A stretch of 64,000 bases of DNA from the NCBI GenBank assembly GCA_038245905.1, contig JBBRRY010000001.1:1-64000 (forward strand). Direction: 5' to 3'. How positions within the stretch are numbered: the stretch's first letter is position 1; each line of letters starts with the position of its first letter. This document shows positions 19,168-29,127 of the stretch, piece after piece. Source of the stretch: Thermoanaerobaculia bacterium (GTDB taxonomy: Bacteria; Acidobacteriota; Thermoanaerobaculia; UBA5066). The position numbers and the translations under genes were made by a program. The notes beneath the pieces were generated by a model. That model had not been told where the DNA came from and ran no database searches. It was given only the letters and a program-made list of their open reading frames with translations.

Positions 19168-20484
19168 GTGAACAGTTTTCGCGTCGTCCTCGTCGGCCGC
19201 CCGAACGTCGGGAAATCGGCTCTCTTCAACCGGCTCGCGCGCGAGCGCCGCGCGCTCGTGCACGACCGCCCGGGGATGACGCGCGACGCGCTCGAGATGA
19301 CGGCCCGCACGCCTTCGGGGCGCGCCTATACCCTCGTCGACACGGGCGGGCTGGATCTCGACGCGGCGGGCGGCTTCGCGGCCTGGACGAGCGACCGGGC
19401 GCTCGCGGCGGTCGCGGACGCCGATCTCATCGTCTTCGTCCTCGACGGTATCGCCGGGCGCCTTCCCGAGGACGAGCGGCTCGCCCGCAAGCTCCACGCC
19501 CTCGGTAAGAACGTGGTCGTGGCCTGGAACAAATGCGACGCGAAAGCCGCCGCCGAATCGCTTGCGGACGGCTTCTCGCTGGGCTTCCAGAAGGTCATCG
19601 GCGTCTCGGCGCTCCACGGGACGGGCGCGGACGAGCTTCTCGAGGCCATCGAAGCGGTGCTCCCGTCGGACCTCGATCCGGACACGCGCACCGAGCCCCT
19701 CCCGATCGCGATCGTCGGCCGCCCGAACGTGGGGAAGTCGTCGCTCGTGAACGCGCTCGCCGGCGCGGACCGCGTCATGGTCTCGGAGATCGCCGGTACG
19801 ACGCGCGACTCGATCGACGTCCGCCTGTCCCGGGGCGGCCGTGATTACGTCTTCGTCGACACGGCGGGAATCCGTCGCAAGGGCAAGACGACCGATTCGG
19901 CCGAGCTGCTCTCGATCGTCGCATCGCGCAAGGCGATCGACCGCGCGCGGATCGTCGTCATCGTCTTCGACGCCTCCGCCGGCATCACGGCGCAGGACGC
20001 CACGATCGCGGGCTACGCGGAAGAGGCGGGCCGCGGCGTGCTTCTCGTCGCGAACAAATGGGACCTCATCGAGAAGGACCGCGAGCGCGCGGCCGAGCTC
20101 AAGCACGACACGGAGCGGCGTTTCATCTTTCTCCGCAAGGCGCCGTTCCTGCCACTCTCGGCCACGACGGGGAAGGGCGTCCAGCGCCTCCTCCCCGAGG
20201 CGGACGCGCTCGCGAAGAGATTCACGACTCGGATGTCCACGGGCGAGCTGAACCGGCTGCTGCAGAAGGCATACGAACGGGAGGCCCCTCGCGGCCGTTC
20301 GGGCCGCAACATGAAGATCCGGTACGCGGTGCAGGTGGCCGCCGAGCCGCCGCTCATCCGTCTCTTCGCGGACCGGACCGAGCCGCTGCACTTTTCCTTC
20401 GAGAGATTCCTGCAGAATCGCATCCGCGAGAAGTGGAATTTGAACGGCGTGCCCCTGAAGTTCGTCGTCAAGAAGGACGACTAG
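19168..20484 (+). CDS. der: Ribosome biogenesis GTPase Der (EngA)
   Basis: Two GRPNVGKS P-loops, DTGG/DTAG, NKCD/NKWD. Confidence 0.97.
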   Translation: MNSFRVVLVGRPNVGKSALFNRLARERRALVHDRPGMTRDALEMTARTPSGRAYTLVDTGGLDLDAAGGFAAWTSDRALAAVADADLIVFVLDGIAGRLPEDERLARKLHALGKNVVVAWNKCDAKAAAESLADGFSLGFQKVIGVSALHGTGADELLEAIEAVLPSDLDPDTRTEPLPIAIVGRPNVGKSSLVNALAGADRVMVSEIAGTTRDSIDVRLSRGGRDYVFVDTAGIRRKGKTTDSAELLSIVASRKAIDRARIVVIVFDASAGITAQDATIAGYAEEAGRGVLLVANKWDLIEKDRERAAELKHDTERRFIFLRKAPFLPLSATTGKGVQRLLPEADALAKRFTTRMSTGELNRLLQKAYEREAPRGRSGRNMKIRYAVQVAAEPPLIRLFADRTEPLHFSFERFLQNRIREKWNLNGVPLKFVVKKDD

Positions 20485-20537
20485 CGTCCGATCGGCCCGT
20501 CAATGTGTTAAAAAGGACGGACGATCCGATTCAACAC

Positions 20538-21086
20538 ATGACGCAAACGACGAACGAAAACCCGGACGTCCGTTACAAGATCGGAGACGTCTGCCGCATC
20601 GCGGACGTTCAACCGTACGTCCTGCGTTACTGGGAGTCGGAGTTCCCGCTCCTCGCGCCCGATCGATCGCTCCCGGGCCCGCGTACCTATAGCGCGCGCG
20701 AGCTCGAGCTGATCGGTCAGATCAAGCGGCTTCTCTACGACGAGGGCTACACGATCGCCGGCGCAAAGAAGCGCCTCGAGAGCGAAGCGTCAAGCGCCCG
20801 GTCTCACGACACGAACCCGGCCTTCATCCCGGCGGAAGTGGGGAAGAGCGAAAAGGACGAGAAGTCCGTGAAGCCTCCGGAGCGCCCTCCCGCACGCCGG
20901 CCGTCCTCCAAAGCCGGCGCGCCGGTATTCGTCGAGACGTCGCCCGTTTCCGCTCAAACCGAGGTAGGCGAGGCGACTTTTCCCGTCGCTCCCGTCAAGC
21001 GCGCCGCGGCAGAGACACCGGACCCACGCGTCGCCCGCGTCGTCTCGGAGCTTAAGGAAATTCTCAAGCTCCTCTCCGGCGACTGA
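20538..21086 (+). CDS. MerR-family HTH transcriptional regulator
   Basis: YKIGDVCRIADVQPYVLRYWESEFP...LLYDEGYTIAGAK; type usually found next to tRNA-Pro(GGG). Confidence 0.9.
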   Translation: MTQTTNENPDVRYKIGDVCRIADVQPYVLRYWESEFPLLAPDRSLPGPRTYSARELELIGQIKRLLYDEGYTIAGAKKRLESEASSARSHDTNPAFIPAEVGKSEKDEKSVKPPERPPARRPSSKAGAPVFVETSPVSAQTEVGEATFPVAPVKRAAAETPDPRVARVVSELKEILKLLSGD

Positions 21087-21152
21087 CCGATCACCGCATG
21101 GTATAAATCGCTACCCCCGAAGGGCTTCGTGCTCTTCGATGACGGTTCCGGT

Positions 21153-21229
21153 CGGGACGTGGCGCAGCCTGGTAGCGTACTTGAATGGGGTTCAAGGGGT
21201 CGTGGGTTCGAATCCCACCGTCCCGACCA
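21153..21229 (+). tRNA. tRNA-Pro(GGG)
   Basis: 77 nt; CGGGACG/CGTCCCG acceptor, CTTGA-ATGGGGT-TCAAG anticodon arm, GTTCGAATC, CCA. Confidence 0.97.
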
Positions 21230-21593
21230 CTTGACTCCCCGGAGAATCTCGGCTGGCGGAACGGTCCAGAGCGAATGCGGCCAAGGTCGTCCCGAAGAGG
21301 ATGACCGTCGCGACGTAATTCGGTGCATGGGGTTGCACGACACTGAACGTCACGTAGAACGCGAAAAACGCGACGTTACTCCCGTGGGCCATCCACCTGA
21401 AACGGCGCGAACGAATCGGGACCTCCCATGTCGCGAGGTTCAGACAGCCGAGAAAGACGAAGCCGAAGCCGTGCTGAGCGAAGGCGAGCATGTCCTTGGG
21501 CGCGGCGCGGAAAAGCGCGATCGCCATCGCGAACGTAAGCGCGGCATGTACGAATGCGAGTCCAACGGCAACGCGGAGCACGACACGCCACAT
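21192..21593 (-). CDS. Small 4-TM membrane protein; 3' end runs antisense into tRNA-Pro
   Basis: Four hydrophobic segments; GGAAGG RBS upstream; stop lies inside the tRNA. Confidence 0.6.
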   Translation of the reverse strand: MWRVVLRVAVGLAFVHAALTFAMAIALFRAAPKDMLAFAQHGFGFVFLGCLNLATWEVPIRSRRFRWMAHGSNVAFFAFYVTFSVVQPHAPNYVATVILFGTTLAAFALDRSASRDSPGSQVVGTVGFEPTTP

Positions 21594-21637
21594 GATTCAC
21601 CCTTCCATTTGAGGTCCTTGGTTGACCTCGCCTCGCG

Positions 21638-22327
21638 TCAAGCGAGACGCGCGGGCGTAGCGACCCCTTTGATGAGCAGCCACGGCCCGAGTGCGAGCTG
21701 AAATACGATCATCGGCACCCACATGTAGCCGGTGACCGGGCCGTGGAGAAACCCTGCGAGCTGCAGGGGCAGGCCCACCGCGAGTACGACCGACGCGAGC
21801 ACGCCGAGCCACGCGAGCGGGACGGGAACGATTCGTCCGCGCAGCATGAGATACGAGAAGATCACGCTCCCCACGGCGAAGAAGGGCGCGCCGATCACCC
21901 CGCCGGGGACGGGCATCAGCAGGAATGCGCCCAGCGCGTTTGCCGTCGCGACGTCCGGCGCACCCGGCCCCGCCCCGCCCGTCGCGAGCCACAGCAGTCC
22001 GACCTTCCTCGGGATGCCGGCCGTACCAAGAACCCCTTCGCCGACGCGAAACGCGAAGGCCAGCATCGCGAGCTCGTGGTCCTCGTCGCGCGTGATCCTC
22101 CACAGCGAAACGGCCAGCACGAGGGCGGCGAAGCACTCGAGCAGCTCGAGCAAGACGGCGAGCCGCACGTCGGTCGCGTACGCGGCGATGCGCGCGAGCG
22201 TCGCGGTCGTCCCTTCGGCGTTCGTCGCGCGGTTGGACAGGAACACGCTGGTGGCGCCGACAGCCATGTAGAAGAGGTATGTGAAGCCGGCGAGCCGCGC
22301 GTAGAACTGCCGTGATGCTTCGCCCAT
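21638..22327 (-). CDS. DUF4386-family membrane protein
   Basis: ARLAGFTYL N-terminus, about 6 TM segments, LGPWLLIKG C-terminus. Confidence 0.8.
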   Translation of the reverse strand: MGEASRQFYARLAGFTYLFYMAVGATSVFLSNRATNAEGTTATLARIAAYATDVRLAVLLELLECFAALVLAVSLWRITRDEDHELAMLAFAFRVGEGVLGTAGIPRKVGLLWLATGGAGPGAPDVATANALGAFLLMPVPGGVIGAPFFAVGSVIFSYLMLRGRIVPVPLAWLGVLASVVLAVGLPLQLAGFLHGPVTGYMWVPMIVFQLALGPWLLIKGVATPARLA

Positions 22328-22335
22328 ACGAGTCG

Positions 22336-23034
22336 TCACGAACGCAATCCCTTGAGCAGAAGCCAGAACCCCATCGTCAGCTCGAAGATGAAGATGGGGC
22401 CGCCGTACCATGTCACGTCGATGACCTTCGCGAGCTCGGGGAAGATCATGAAGGCGAAGGCGCAGGTCCCGAAGAGGGCGGACGAAAACATGCCGAAGGC
22501 GGCCAATGCTCTCGGGATGAGGCCGGACTTGAACCACAAATAGCAGAAGGTGGTGCTGCGAAGCCCGGCGAGCACGAGGCCGACGTTGTACGCGGCGCCA
22601 TGCGCGCCAATTGACAGCCGCGCCAGCGCCTGCAAGCGATCCGCTTCGAATACCTTCAAGTAGTCGGCACCGCTCAGGATCCGCAGAACGTCGAAGTCGC
22701 TCAGTGTGACGACGACCAGTATTGCGGTCTCGATCAGCCCCCAGCCCAGGGCCAGCAGGGCGAGACGACGGTGGATCGGCTCGAGGACCACGTAAAGGGC
22801 GGTGATCAGGACGACATCGATCGCGAAAACGGTGAGGTTGCTGGCGATGCCCAGACGAAAGAGCCGTTCGTGCGCCACGATGTTCAGCGCGGTTTGTGCG
22901 GCATTGCTGGAGACGATGAGCCGGCCGCCGACATAGAACTCGGCGAAGATCGCGGGAACGAGCGCGAACAAGTAAGCAGCGCCTACGACCGTCGCTGCTC
23001 TGCGCTGTGAGTCGTCGATGGTGCGGGTGGTCAT
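22336..23034 (-). CDS. DUF4386-family membrane protein
   Basis: NIVAHERLFRLGI, YLWFKSGLIPR, FELTMGFWLLLKG; ATGA overlap with the upstream gene. Confidence 0.85.
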   Translation of the reverse strand: MTTRTIDDSQRRAATVVGAAYLFALVPAIFAEFYVGGRLIVSSNAAQTALNIVAHERLFRLGIASNLTVFAIDVVLITALYVVLEPIHRRLALLALGWGLIETAILVVVTLSDFDVLRILSGADYLKVFEADRLQALARLSIGAHGAAYNVGLVLAGLRSTTFCYLWFKSGLIPRALAAFGMFSSALFGTCAFAFMIFPELAKVIDVTWYGGPIFIFELTMGFWLLLKGLRS

Positions 23035-24959
23035 CTGATGCTCGCCATGGCCTCTTTCGCCACCCGAACCCTCGGCGGATCTGCCCCCGGCACCGTCACC
23101 ACGATCTCCTCGGTCACCGGCAGCGGCCGCGTGACCGCGATGTCGGGTCGGCCGCCCGGGAAGACGGTGAGTGTTCCTCTCGCGGGAAGCCCGACGATCC
23201 GCGCGATGCCATCGGCGCCCGACGACCACTGTGAGCCTGACCACGTGACCTGCTGGGAGAATGGGCCCTCGAACATGATCACATCGTCCACGCCGACGCG
23301 CACGAGGCGTTTGATGGGCTGGCCGGCAGAATTCTGGAACCGGATCGTCACGGGAGGCCCTGAGGGCTGGATTTCGATGACCTGCTCCCTTTCGCCGGAC
23401 CAGCGCGTGAACGCCATGCGCCCTCTCCCGTCGAACGCGAAGAAGGGCGCGCCGGGCGCGAGATCACCGTCGAAGATCGTCGATCCGTCGTCCGCCGTCG
23501 GTGGGGCTCCTCGACCCCCAGCCGTCCAGATGAAACCACCCCGCGCAGGCACGCCTTCGGGCTCCACGAGGCGAATCGCCACGGAGGGCGACTTCTTCAA
23601 GGAGACGAAGATGTCGCCGCCCTCGCTCGTGCTCTCGACGCGGACCGGCGGAGCTTCGCCGGGCCGGTAGCCGACGATTCGCACCGTGACCTTGAGCTGT
23701 CCCTCGGGAACGGGCGGAAGCTCGAGTGAGCCGTCTTCGCCCGTGAAGCCCTTCGCCGACAGCGGATCGTTGCGGCTGTTCCAGCTCGCGGAGCCCACCT
23801 CGTAGTCCACGCGCGCCTTCGCGAGCGGCTTGCCGTCCTCGGCGCTCTGGACGCGGACGACATAGCGATTCGCGGGAAGCTCGAAATCCCTGTGCGTGTC
23901 ACCGGCCACGTCGATCGCGGCGGGGAAGTCCAGGAAGCCCTCCGTCCGGATCCTCACCGCGTAGCGGCTTTTCTCGGCGACGACGACCCGGTAGCGGCCC
24001 TGCTCGTCCGTGTCCGCCTCGGCCCGTGCGGACGAGGATGGAGACTCGAAGACGAGATGCGCCGCGACGCCGTCGCCGTGGCGCTCGACGCGCCCGGAGA
24101 CTTCGAAGACCTCGACGTCGATCTGTTTCTCGACGTCGGAGAAGTCCGGGACCTCGATCCAGCCCGCGGCCGAGAGGCTCTCCTTCCGCCAGCGGTACGC
24201 GAAGGTTCCCGGGAGGAGGCCGGTGAAGGTGAACTCCCGATCGGCCGGCTCGGTGCGCGCGACCGGCGTCTCGCATCGGTCGAGGTGCGGAGCGCTCGAG
24301 ACGAACTCCTTCTGCTTGTCGCACGCGAAGACCTCCACGGAGACGCCGCCTTTCGGAAGACGGTCGCCTCCCGCGAGGCGAACCCTCAGGGTCGGCCGCC
24401 GGAGGAGGCCGACGGCGGACGGGAGGGCGGCGTGGCGCTCGGGCACGGACACGACGAGCGGACGCTCGGGTGCCCAGATCTTCGATGCCAGTCCCACTGT
24501 GGCATCTCCGCTCGGGGCTGCAAACCAGAAGGCGCGCAGCGAACCGTTCGCGTCAACCACGGCGTCCGCGGGGAGCCGGCGCTCGCTGGTGAGCAGCTCG
24601 AGCCGGATGTCATGCAGTGCTCCGGCGGGATCGTCTTTGGAGGGGTAGGAGAGAGTCAGGCCGAGCTGTCCCCGGCTACGCTCTGGCGTGGGGAGCTCCT
24701 TGACGGTGATCTTCTCTCCCACCCTTGGCTGGAGTTTCATCAAGCCGAGAGGACGAGAGGAGGAGTCGAAGACCACGACGACCAGTACGCCGGACGAGAC
24801 CTCGAGGATCTCCGCGCGGCCGTCTTTCGGAATCACTCCCTCGGCGAAGGTGATCTTCGCCGCAGTGTTCTGCGGCGCTGAAGCGGTTTGCCCGCAGACG
24901 GCAGAGACCCGGAAAAGGGCGACCAAGAGGAGACACAGGGGCGTGCGCGGCACGGGCAT
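23031..24959 (-). CDS. Secreted protein with repeated carboxypeptidase-regulatory-like (Ig/transthyretin-fold) domains
   Basis: Signal peptide; repeated VSGRV..TDEQGRY, TGEDGS, TADDGS, GADGI units. Confidence 0.7.
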   Translation of the reverse strand: MPVPRTPLCLLLVALFRVSAVCGQTASAPQNTAAKITFAEGVIPKDGRAEILEVSSGVLVVVVFDSSSRPLGLMKLQPRVGEKITVKELPTPERSRGQLGLTLSYPSKDDPAGALHDIRLELLTSERRLPADAVVDANGSLRAFWFAAPSGDATVGLASKIWAPERPLVVSVPERHAALPSAVGLLRRPTLRVRLAGGDRLPKGGVSVEVFACDKQKEFVSSAPHLDRCETPVARTEPADREFTFTGLLPGTFAYRWRKESLSAAGWIEVPDFSDVEKQIDVEVFEVSGRVERHGDGVAAHLVFESPSSSARAEADTDEQGRYRVVVAEKSRYAVRIRTEGFLDFPAAIDVAGDTHRDFELPANRYVVRVQSAEDGKPLAKARVDYEVGSASWNSRNDPLSAKGFTGEDGSLELPPVPEGQLKVTVRIVGYRPGEAPPVRVESTSEGGDIFVSLKKSPSVAIRLVEPEGVPARGGFIWTAGGRGAPPTADDGSTIFDGDLAPGAPFFAFDGRGRMAFTRWSGEREQVIEIQPSGPPVTIRFQNSAGQPIKRLVRVGVDDVIMFEGPFSQQVTWSGSQWSSGADGIARIVGLPARGTLTVFPGGRPDIAVTRPLPVTEEIVVTVPGADPPRVRVAKEAMASIR

Positions 24960-25064
24960 CGTGACCTCCCGGACATGCAGCGATTCTATGTGAACCCTTC
25001 GCGGACGGGCGGCATCATCGCGCCTCTGATAGCGTCATCCTCTTCCGGAGGGATCGTGAGCAAC

Positions 25065-27107
25065 ATGCGCCGTCTTCGTGCTCTCGCCGTCTGCCTGTCT
25101 CTTCTTGCCCTTCTCGCTGCCGCCCTGCCGCTCGGCGCCGCCGACGCGCCGGCCAGGAAGCGCTTCTCGGTCGACGACCTCGAGAGGATCGTGCGCCTCT
25201 CGTCGCCGCGAATCTCGCCCGACGGGAAGTCAGTCGCCGTCGTCGTGACGCGCGCCGACGTTGGGAAGAACAAGTGGATCCCCGAGGTCGACCTCGTCGA
25301 CATCGCGACGGGCGCGCGGCGGGCCCTGACGCACGATCGCAAGGGAGTCGGTCATCCTCGCTGGTCGCCCTCCGGCGACCGCCTCGCATTCCTCGCGCTC
25401 GACGGCGCGGAGAAGAAGGAAAAGGTGCAGATCTTCGTCCTTCCTATGGCCGGCGGCGATGCGCAGAAGGTCACGAGCGCGCCGGCCGGCGTCCAGCACT
25501 TCGCGTGGCGGCCGGACGGGCGGGCCTTCGCGTACGCGGCCGAAGACGAACGCCCGAACAAGGCGGAGATTGAGAAAGGCAACGATCTTTTCGAGGTCGG
25601 AAGCGACAACCTCTTCGTGTCCGAGCCCCCGATGCCGGTTCACGTGTGGCTCGTCCCTGCGGAGGGAGGAGAAGCGAAGCGGCTTACCTCCGGTGCCTGG
25701 AGCCTTCCGGCTGCTCTGCCGCCCAGCCCGCCGTCATCGCCGCTTTCGTGGTCGCCGGACGGGACGCTCCTCGCGTTCACGCGCGTCGAAACGCCGCACT
25801 CGGGCGACAACGACCAGGCAACCGTCCGGATTCTCGACGTCGCCTCCGGCTCGATTCGTGCGCTGACGGCGAAAACGCACTTCGAGGGCTTCCCGGTCTT
25901 CTCGCCGGACGGAACGAAGATCTCGTACTGGTGTCCGCGCGACCGCGACCCGAACAACGTGAACGACATCCACGTCACGTCCGTGTCCACCGGCGGCGAT
26001 GGGATGAACCTGACGAAGCCGATCGACCGCTGCCTGTACGCGTCGATCTGGATGCCCGACGGAAAGGCGCTGATCGTGGGCGGGAACGACGGAACGCGCA
26101 TCTCGCTCTGGCTCGCGCCGCTCGACGGCCCCGCGAAGAGGCTCGAGCTGGGCGACGTTCACCCAGCGTGGTCGTTTTTCGTGGACGTATCCGTAGGTCC
26201 GAACGGCTCGATTGCGTTCGTCGGAAGCGAGCCGGGCCGTCCGGGAGAGCTGTGGGTCATGGCCTCCGCGGCTTCGGCGCCCAGGCGCCTCACCGACCTC
26301 AACGCCGAGATCGCCGGCCGCGACCTCGGAAAGGTTGAACGCTTCACGTGGCAGGGGCCCGATGGCTGGAAGGAAGACGGCGTCGTCGTCCTCCCGCCGG
26401 GCCTCGCGCCGGGAGCGAAGGTCCCGCTCGTTCTCTACATCCATGGTGGCCCGCAGGCCGCCTCCACACGCGCCTTCTCGACTCAAGCACAGCTTTTCGC
26501 CGCGCAGGGCTGGGCCGTCTTCTCGCCAAACTACCGCGGGAGCGACAACCTCGGGAACGCGTACCAGCGGGCGATCTTCAACGACGCCGGGGACGGCCCC
26601 GGCCGTGACGTCCTCGCGGGACTCGATGCCCTCGTCGGGAAGGGGTTCGTCGACCCGGCGCGGATCGCGGTGTCGGGCTGGTCCTACGGCGGCTACATGA
26701 CGAGCTGGCTGATCGGGCACGACACGCGCTGGAAGGCCGCGGTGGCGGGCGCCGCGGTCACGGACCTCGCCGACCAGTACGCCTTCGCGGATTTCAACGT
26801 CCAGATGCGGTACACGATGAAGGGGAGCGCGACGCCGTTCTCGCCGGGAGGCGATGCGCTCTACCGCGCGCAGTCGCCGATCACATACGTGGCGCGGGCG
26901 AAAACGCCGACGCTGATCCTCTCGGACACGGGCGACTTCCGCGTTCCCTTTACGCAGTCGTTCAAGCTCTTCCGCACGCTGAAGGAAGCCGGAGTCGAGA
27001 CTTCGTTCGTGGCGATCCCGGTCGAGGGCCACTTCCCCGGCGATCCCGTCCGCACGCGCGAGGTCTTCCGGCGCTGGATCGACTGGCTGGCACCGCGGCT
27101 GAAGTAG
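25065..27107 (+). CDS. S9-family (prolyl oligopeptidase/acylaminoacyl) serine peptidase, secreted
   Basis: Signal peptide, WSPDG/PD40 propeller repeats, IHGGP, NYRGS, GWSYGG, DFRV, EGH. Confidence 0.93.
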   Translation: MRRLRALAVCLSLLALLAAALPLGAADAPARKRFSVDDLERIVRLSSPRISPDGKSVAVVVTRADVGKNKWIPEVDLVDIATGARRALTHDRKGVGHPRWSPSGDRLAFLALDGAEKKEKVQIFVLPMAGGDAQKVTSAPAGVQHFAWRPDGRAFAYAAEDERPNKAEIEKGNDLFEVGSDNLFVSEPPMPVHVWLVPAEGGEAKRLTSGAWSLPAALPPSPPSSPLSWSPDGTLLAFTRVETPHSGDNDQATVRILDVASGSIRALTAKTHFEGFPVFSPDGTKISYWCPRDRDPNNVNDIHVTSVSTGGDGMNLTKPIDRCLYASIWMPDGKALIVGGNDGTRISLWLAPLDGPAKRLELGDVHPAWSFFVDVSVGPNGSIAFVGSEPGRPGELWVMASAASAPRRLTDLNAEIAGRDLGKVERFTWQGPDGWKEDGVVVLPPGLAPGAKVPLVLYIHGGPQAASTRAFSTQAQLFAAQGWAVFSPNYRGSDNLGNAYQRAIFNDAGDGPGRDVLAGLDALVGKGFVDPARIAVSGWSYGGYMTSWLIGHDTRWKAAVAGAAVTDLADQYAFADFNVQMRYTMKGSATPFSPGGDALYRAQSPITYVARAKTPTLILSDTGDFRVPFTQSFKLFRTLKEAGVETSFVAIPVEGHFPGDPVRTREVFRRWIDWLAPRLK

Positions 27108-27116
27108 CGGGTTTGG

Positions 27117-28760
27117 CTACGCCTTCAGGTCCGCCGTCGCCAGGAACCGCGGCGGTTTCCGGAGCTTCGTCGTTTGCTCGAATGCAAAGGCGAGGCGAAG
27201 GAGCACGGCCTCGCTCCAGGCCCGACCGAAGAACGAGAGCCCGATCGGGAGTCCGAAGACGAAGCCAGCGGGCACGGTGATGCTCGGGTAGCCGGCCACG
27301 GCCGCCGCGGTCGAGCTTTCGCCCAGCCAGCGGTCGCCGTTCAGGAAGTCGGTCACGCATGCCGGGCCCAGCGTCGGAGCGACGAAGGCGTCGAGCTTGT
27401 GCTTGTCCATGACAGCGTCGATCCCCTCGGCGCGCGAGAGCCTCCGGCACTTCGCGAGCGCCTCGAGGTACTCATACGATGTCAGCGGTCCCTTGGCCTC
27501 GGCCTTCACGAAGCTGTCCTGACCGAACCAGGGCATCTCTTTCTTCGCGTGCTTCTCGTTGAACTCGATGACGTCCTTCAGCGACTTCACCGGCGCTCCG
27601 GGCCCGAGCCGTGCGAGGTAGGCGTTCAGATCCGCTTTCAGCTCGAAGCGGAGGACCAGGGACTCGGCGTCGCCGATCTTGTCCATGTTCGGGATGTCGG
27701 CCGGGTCGATCAGCTCCGCACCCTGCTTCTTCATGGCAAGGAGCGCATCGCCCATCACGGCGTCCACGCTGTCGAGGAAGCCGAAGTAGTTCCGCGCGAC
27801 GCCGATCCGCGCCCCCTTCAGGCCGCCCGGCTCGAGGAACGCCGCGTAGTTGAGCGCCGCCTTCCGCTCGGGCGCCGCCGTCGCGTCGTCGTCCGCATCC
27901 TGCCCGGCGAGGGCGCCGAGGAGGATGGCCGCGTCGAGGACCGTGCGCGCCATCGGGCCGGGCGTGTCCTGCGAGTGGGAGATTGGAATGATGCCGCTCC
28001 TGCTCAGGAGCCCGACCGTGGGCTTGATCCCGACGATGCCGTTCGCGGAAGAAGGGCTGACGATCGAGCCGTCCGTCTCGGTCCCGACCGCGACGGCGCA
28101 GAGGTTGGCCGCCACGGCCACGCCCGAACCCGAGCTCGAGCCGCAGGGGTTGCGGTCCAGCGCGTAGGGGTTCCTCGTCAGGCCGCCGCGCCCGCTCCAT
28201 CCGCTCGTGGAGGTCGAGGAGCGGATGTTTGCCCACTCGGAGAGGTTCGTCTTGCCAAGGACGACGGCGCCTGCCTCGCGGAGCCTCCGGACGACGAAGG
28301 CGTCTTTGGACCGCTTCGAGCCGACGAGGGCGAGCGATCCGGCGGTCGTCGCCATCCGGTCAGCAGTGTCGATGTTGTCCTTGATCAGGACGGGGATGCC
28401 GTGCAGAAGCCCGCGCGGGCCCTTCGCCTTCCGCTCGCGGTCGAGCGCGTCGGCGATCGCGAGGGCGTCAGGGTTCAGCTCGAGGACGCTCCGGAGCGTT
28501 GGCCCGCTCCGGTCGAGAGCTTCGATGCGCGAGAGGTACTTCTCGGCGATGGACCGGGCGGTCAGCTTCCCGCTTTGCATCCCCTGCTGGAGGTCGGCGA
28601 TCGTCGTCTCGGCGAGATCGAACGGGCGGTCCACGGCCGCGGCCGAGCTGGCGAATGCAGGCGGCAGAGCGGCAACGAGGCCGCCGGCCACTCCGGCCGC
28701 GACGAGCTGGCGGCGGGTCAGCGACGTGGACGGGGCCGGGCGTTCCGAATCGTCAGGCAT
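27117..28760 (-). CDS. Amidase-signature family amidase with Tat signal
   Basis: LTRRQLV twin-arginine; KDNIDT, GKTNLSEW, GSSSGS, GTETDGSI. Confidence 0.93.
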   Translation of the reverse strand: MPDDSERPAPSTSLTRRQLVAAGVAGGLVAALPPAFASSAAAVDRPFDLAETTIADLQQGMQSGKLTARSIAEKYLSRIEALDRSGPTLRSVLELNPDALAIADALDRERKAKGPRGLLHGIPVLIKDNIDTADRMATTAGSLALVGSKRSKDAFVVRRLREAGAVVLGKTNLSEWANIRSSTSTSGWSGRGGLTRNPYALDRNPCGSSSGSGVAVAANLCAVAVGTETDGSIVSPSSANGIVGIKPTVGLLSRSGIIPISHSQDTPGPMARTVLDAAILLGALAGQDADDDATAAPERKAALNYAAFLEPGGLKGARIGVARNYFGFLDSVDAVMGDALLAMKKQGAELIDPADIPNMDKIGDAESLVLRFELKADLNAYLARLGPGAPVKSLKDVIEFNEKHAKKEMPWFGQDSFVKAEAKGPLTSYEYLEALAKCRRLSRAEGIDAVMDKHKLDAFVAPTLGPACVTDFLNGDRWLGESSTAAAVAGYPSITVPAGFVFGLPIGLSFFGRAWSEAVLLRLAFAFEQTTKLRKPPRFLATADLKA

Positions 28761-28864
28761 GTCCCGATCCTCCTTCTGACTTCCCCGACGATACGCGATG
28801 CCCGGGCCGAAACTGGTCCCTGATTCATTTGATTCATCGACGTGGAATTACTGTCTTTCTTACC

Positions 28865-29119
28865 ATGCGGCCCATGCCGGCAGGGGCTCTCACGTTGCTG
28901 TGCGGGGCGTGCGGGGACGTTCGAAAAATCGATCTCACGCTCCTCCGAAACGTTCCTCTCTGGGTGCGCGTGATCGAGGAGACCTGTCGCGCGATGGGCG
29001 CTGGGGCCATCCGTGTCGAAGGGTGCGACAGTTGCCGCGATACGTGGGTGGTCCGGGATTCGACAACGGTCCTCGAGGAGCTCAAACGCTCCCTCGAGGG
29101 CAGTCTCGGCGCGCGCTGA
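28865..29119 (+). CDS. Small Cys-rich hypothetical protein (CxxC...CxxC)
   Basis: CGAC and CDSC pairs; fills the intergenic gap; alternative start at ATG 28874. Confidence 0.55.
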   Translation: MRPMPAGALTLLCGACGDVRKIDLTLLRNVPLWVRVIEETCRAMGAGAIRVEGCDSCRDTWVVRDSTTVLEELKRSLEGSLGAR

Positions 29120-29127
29120 TCCGGGCG

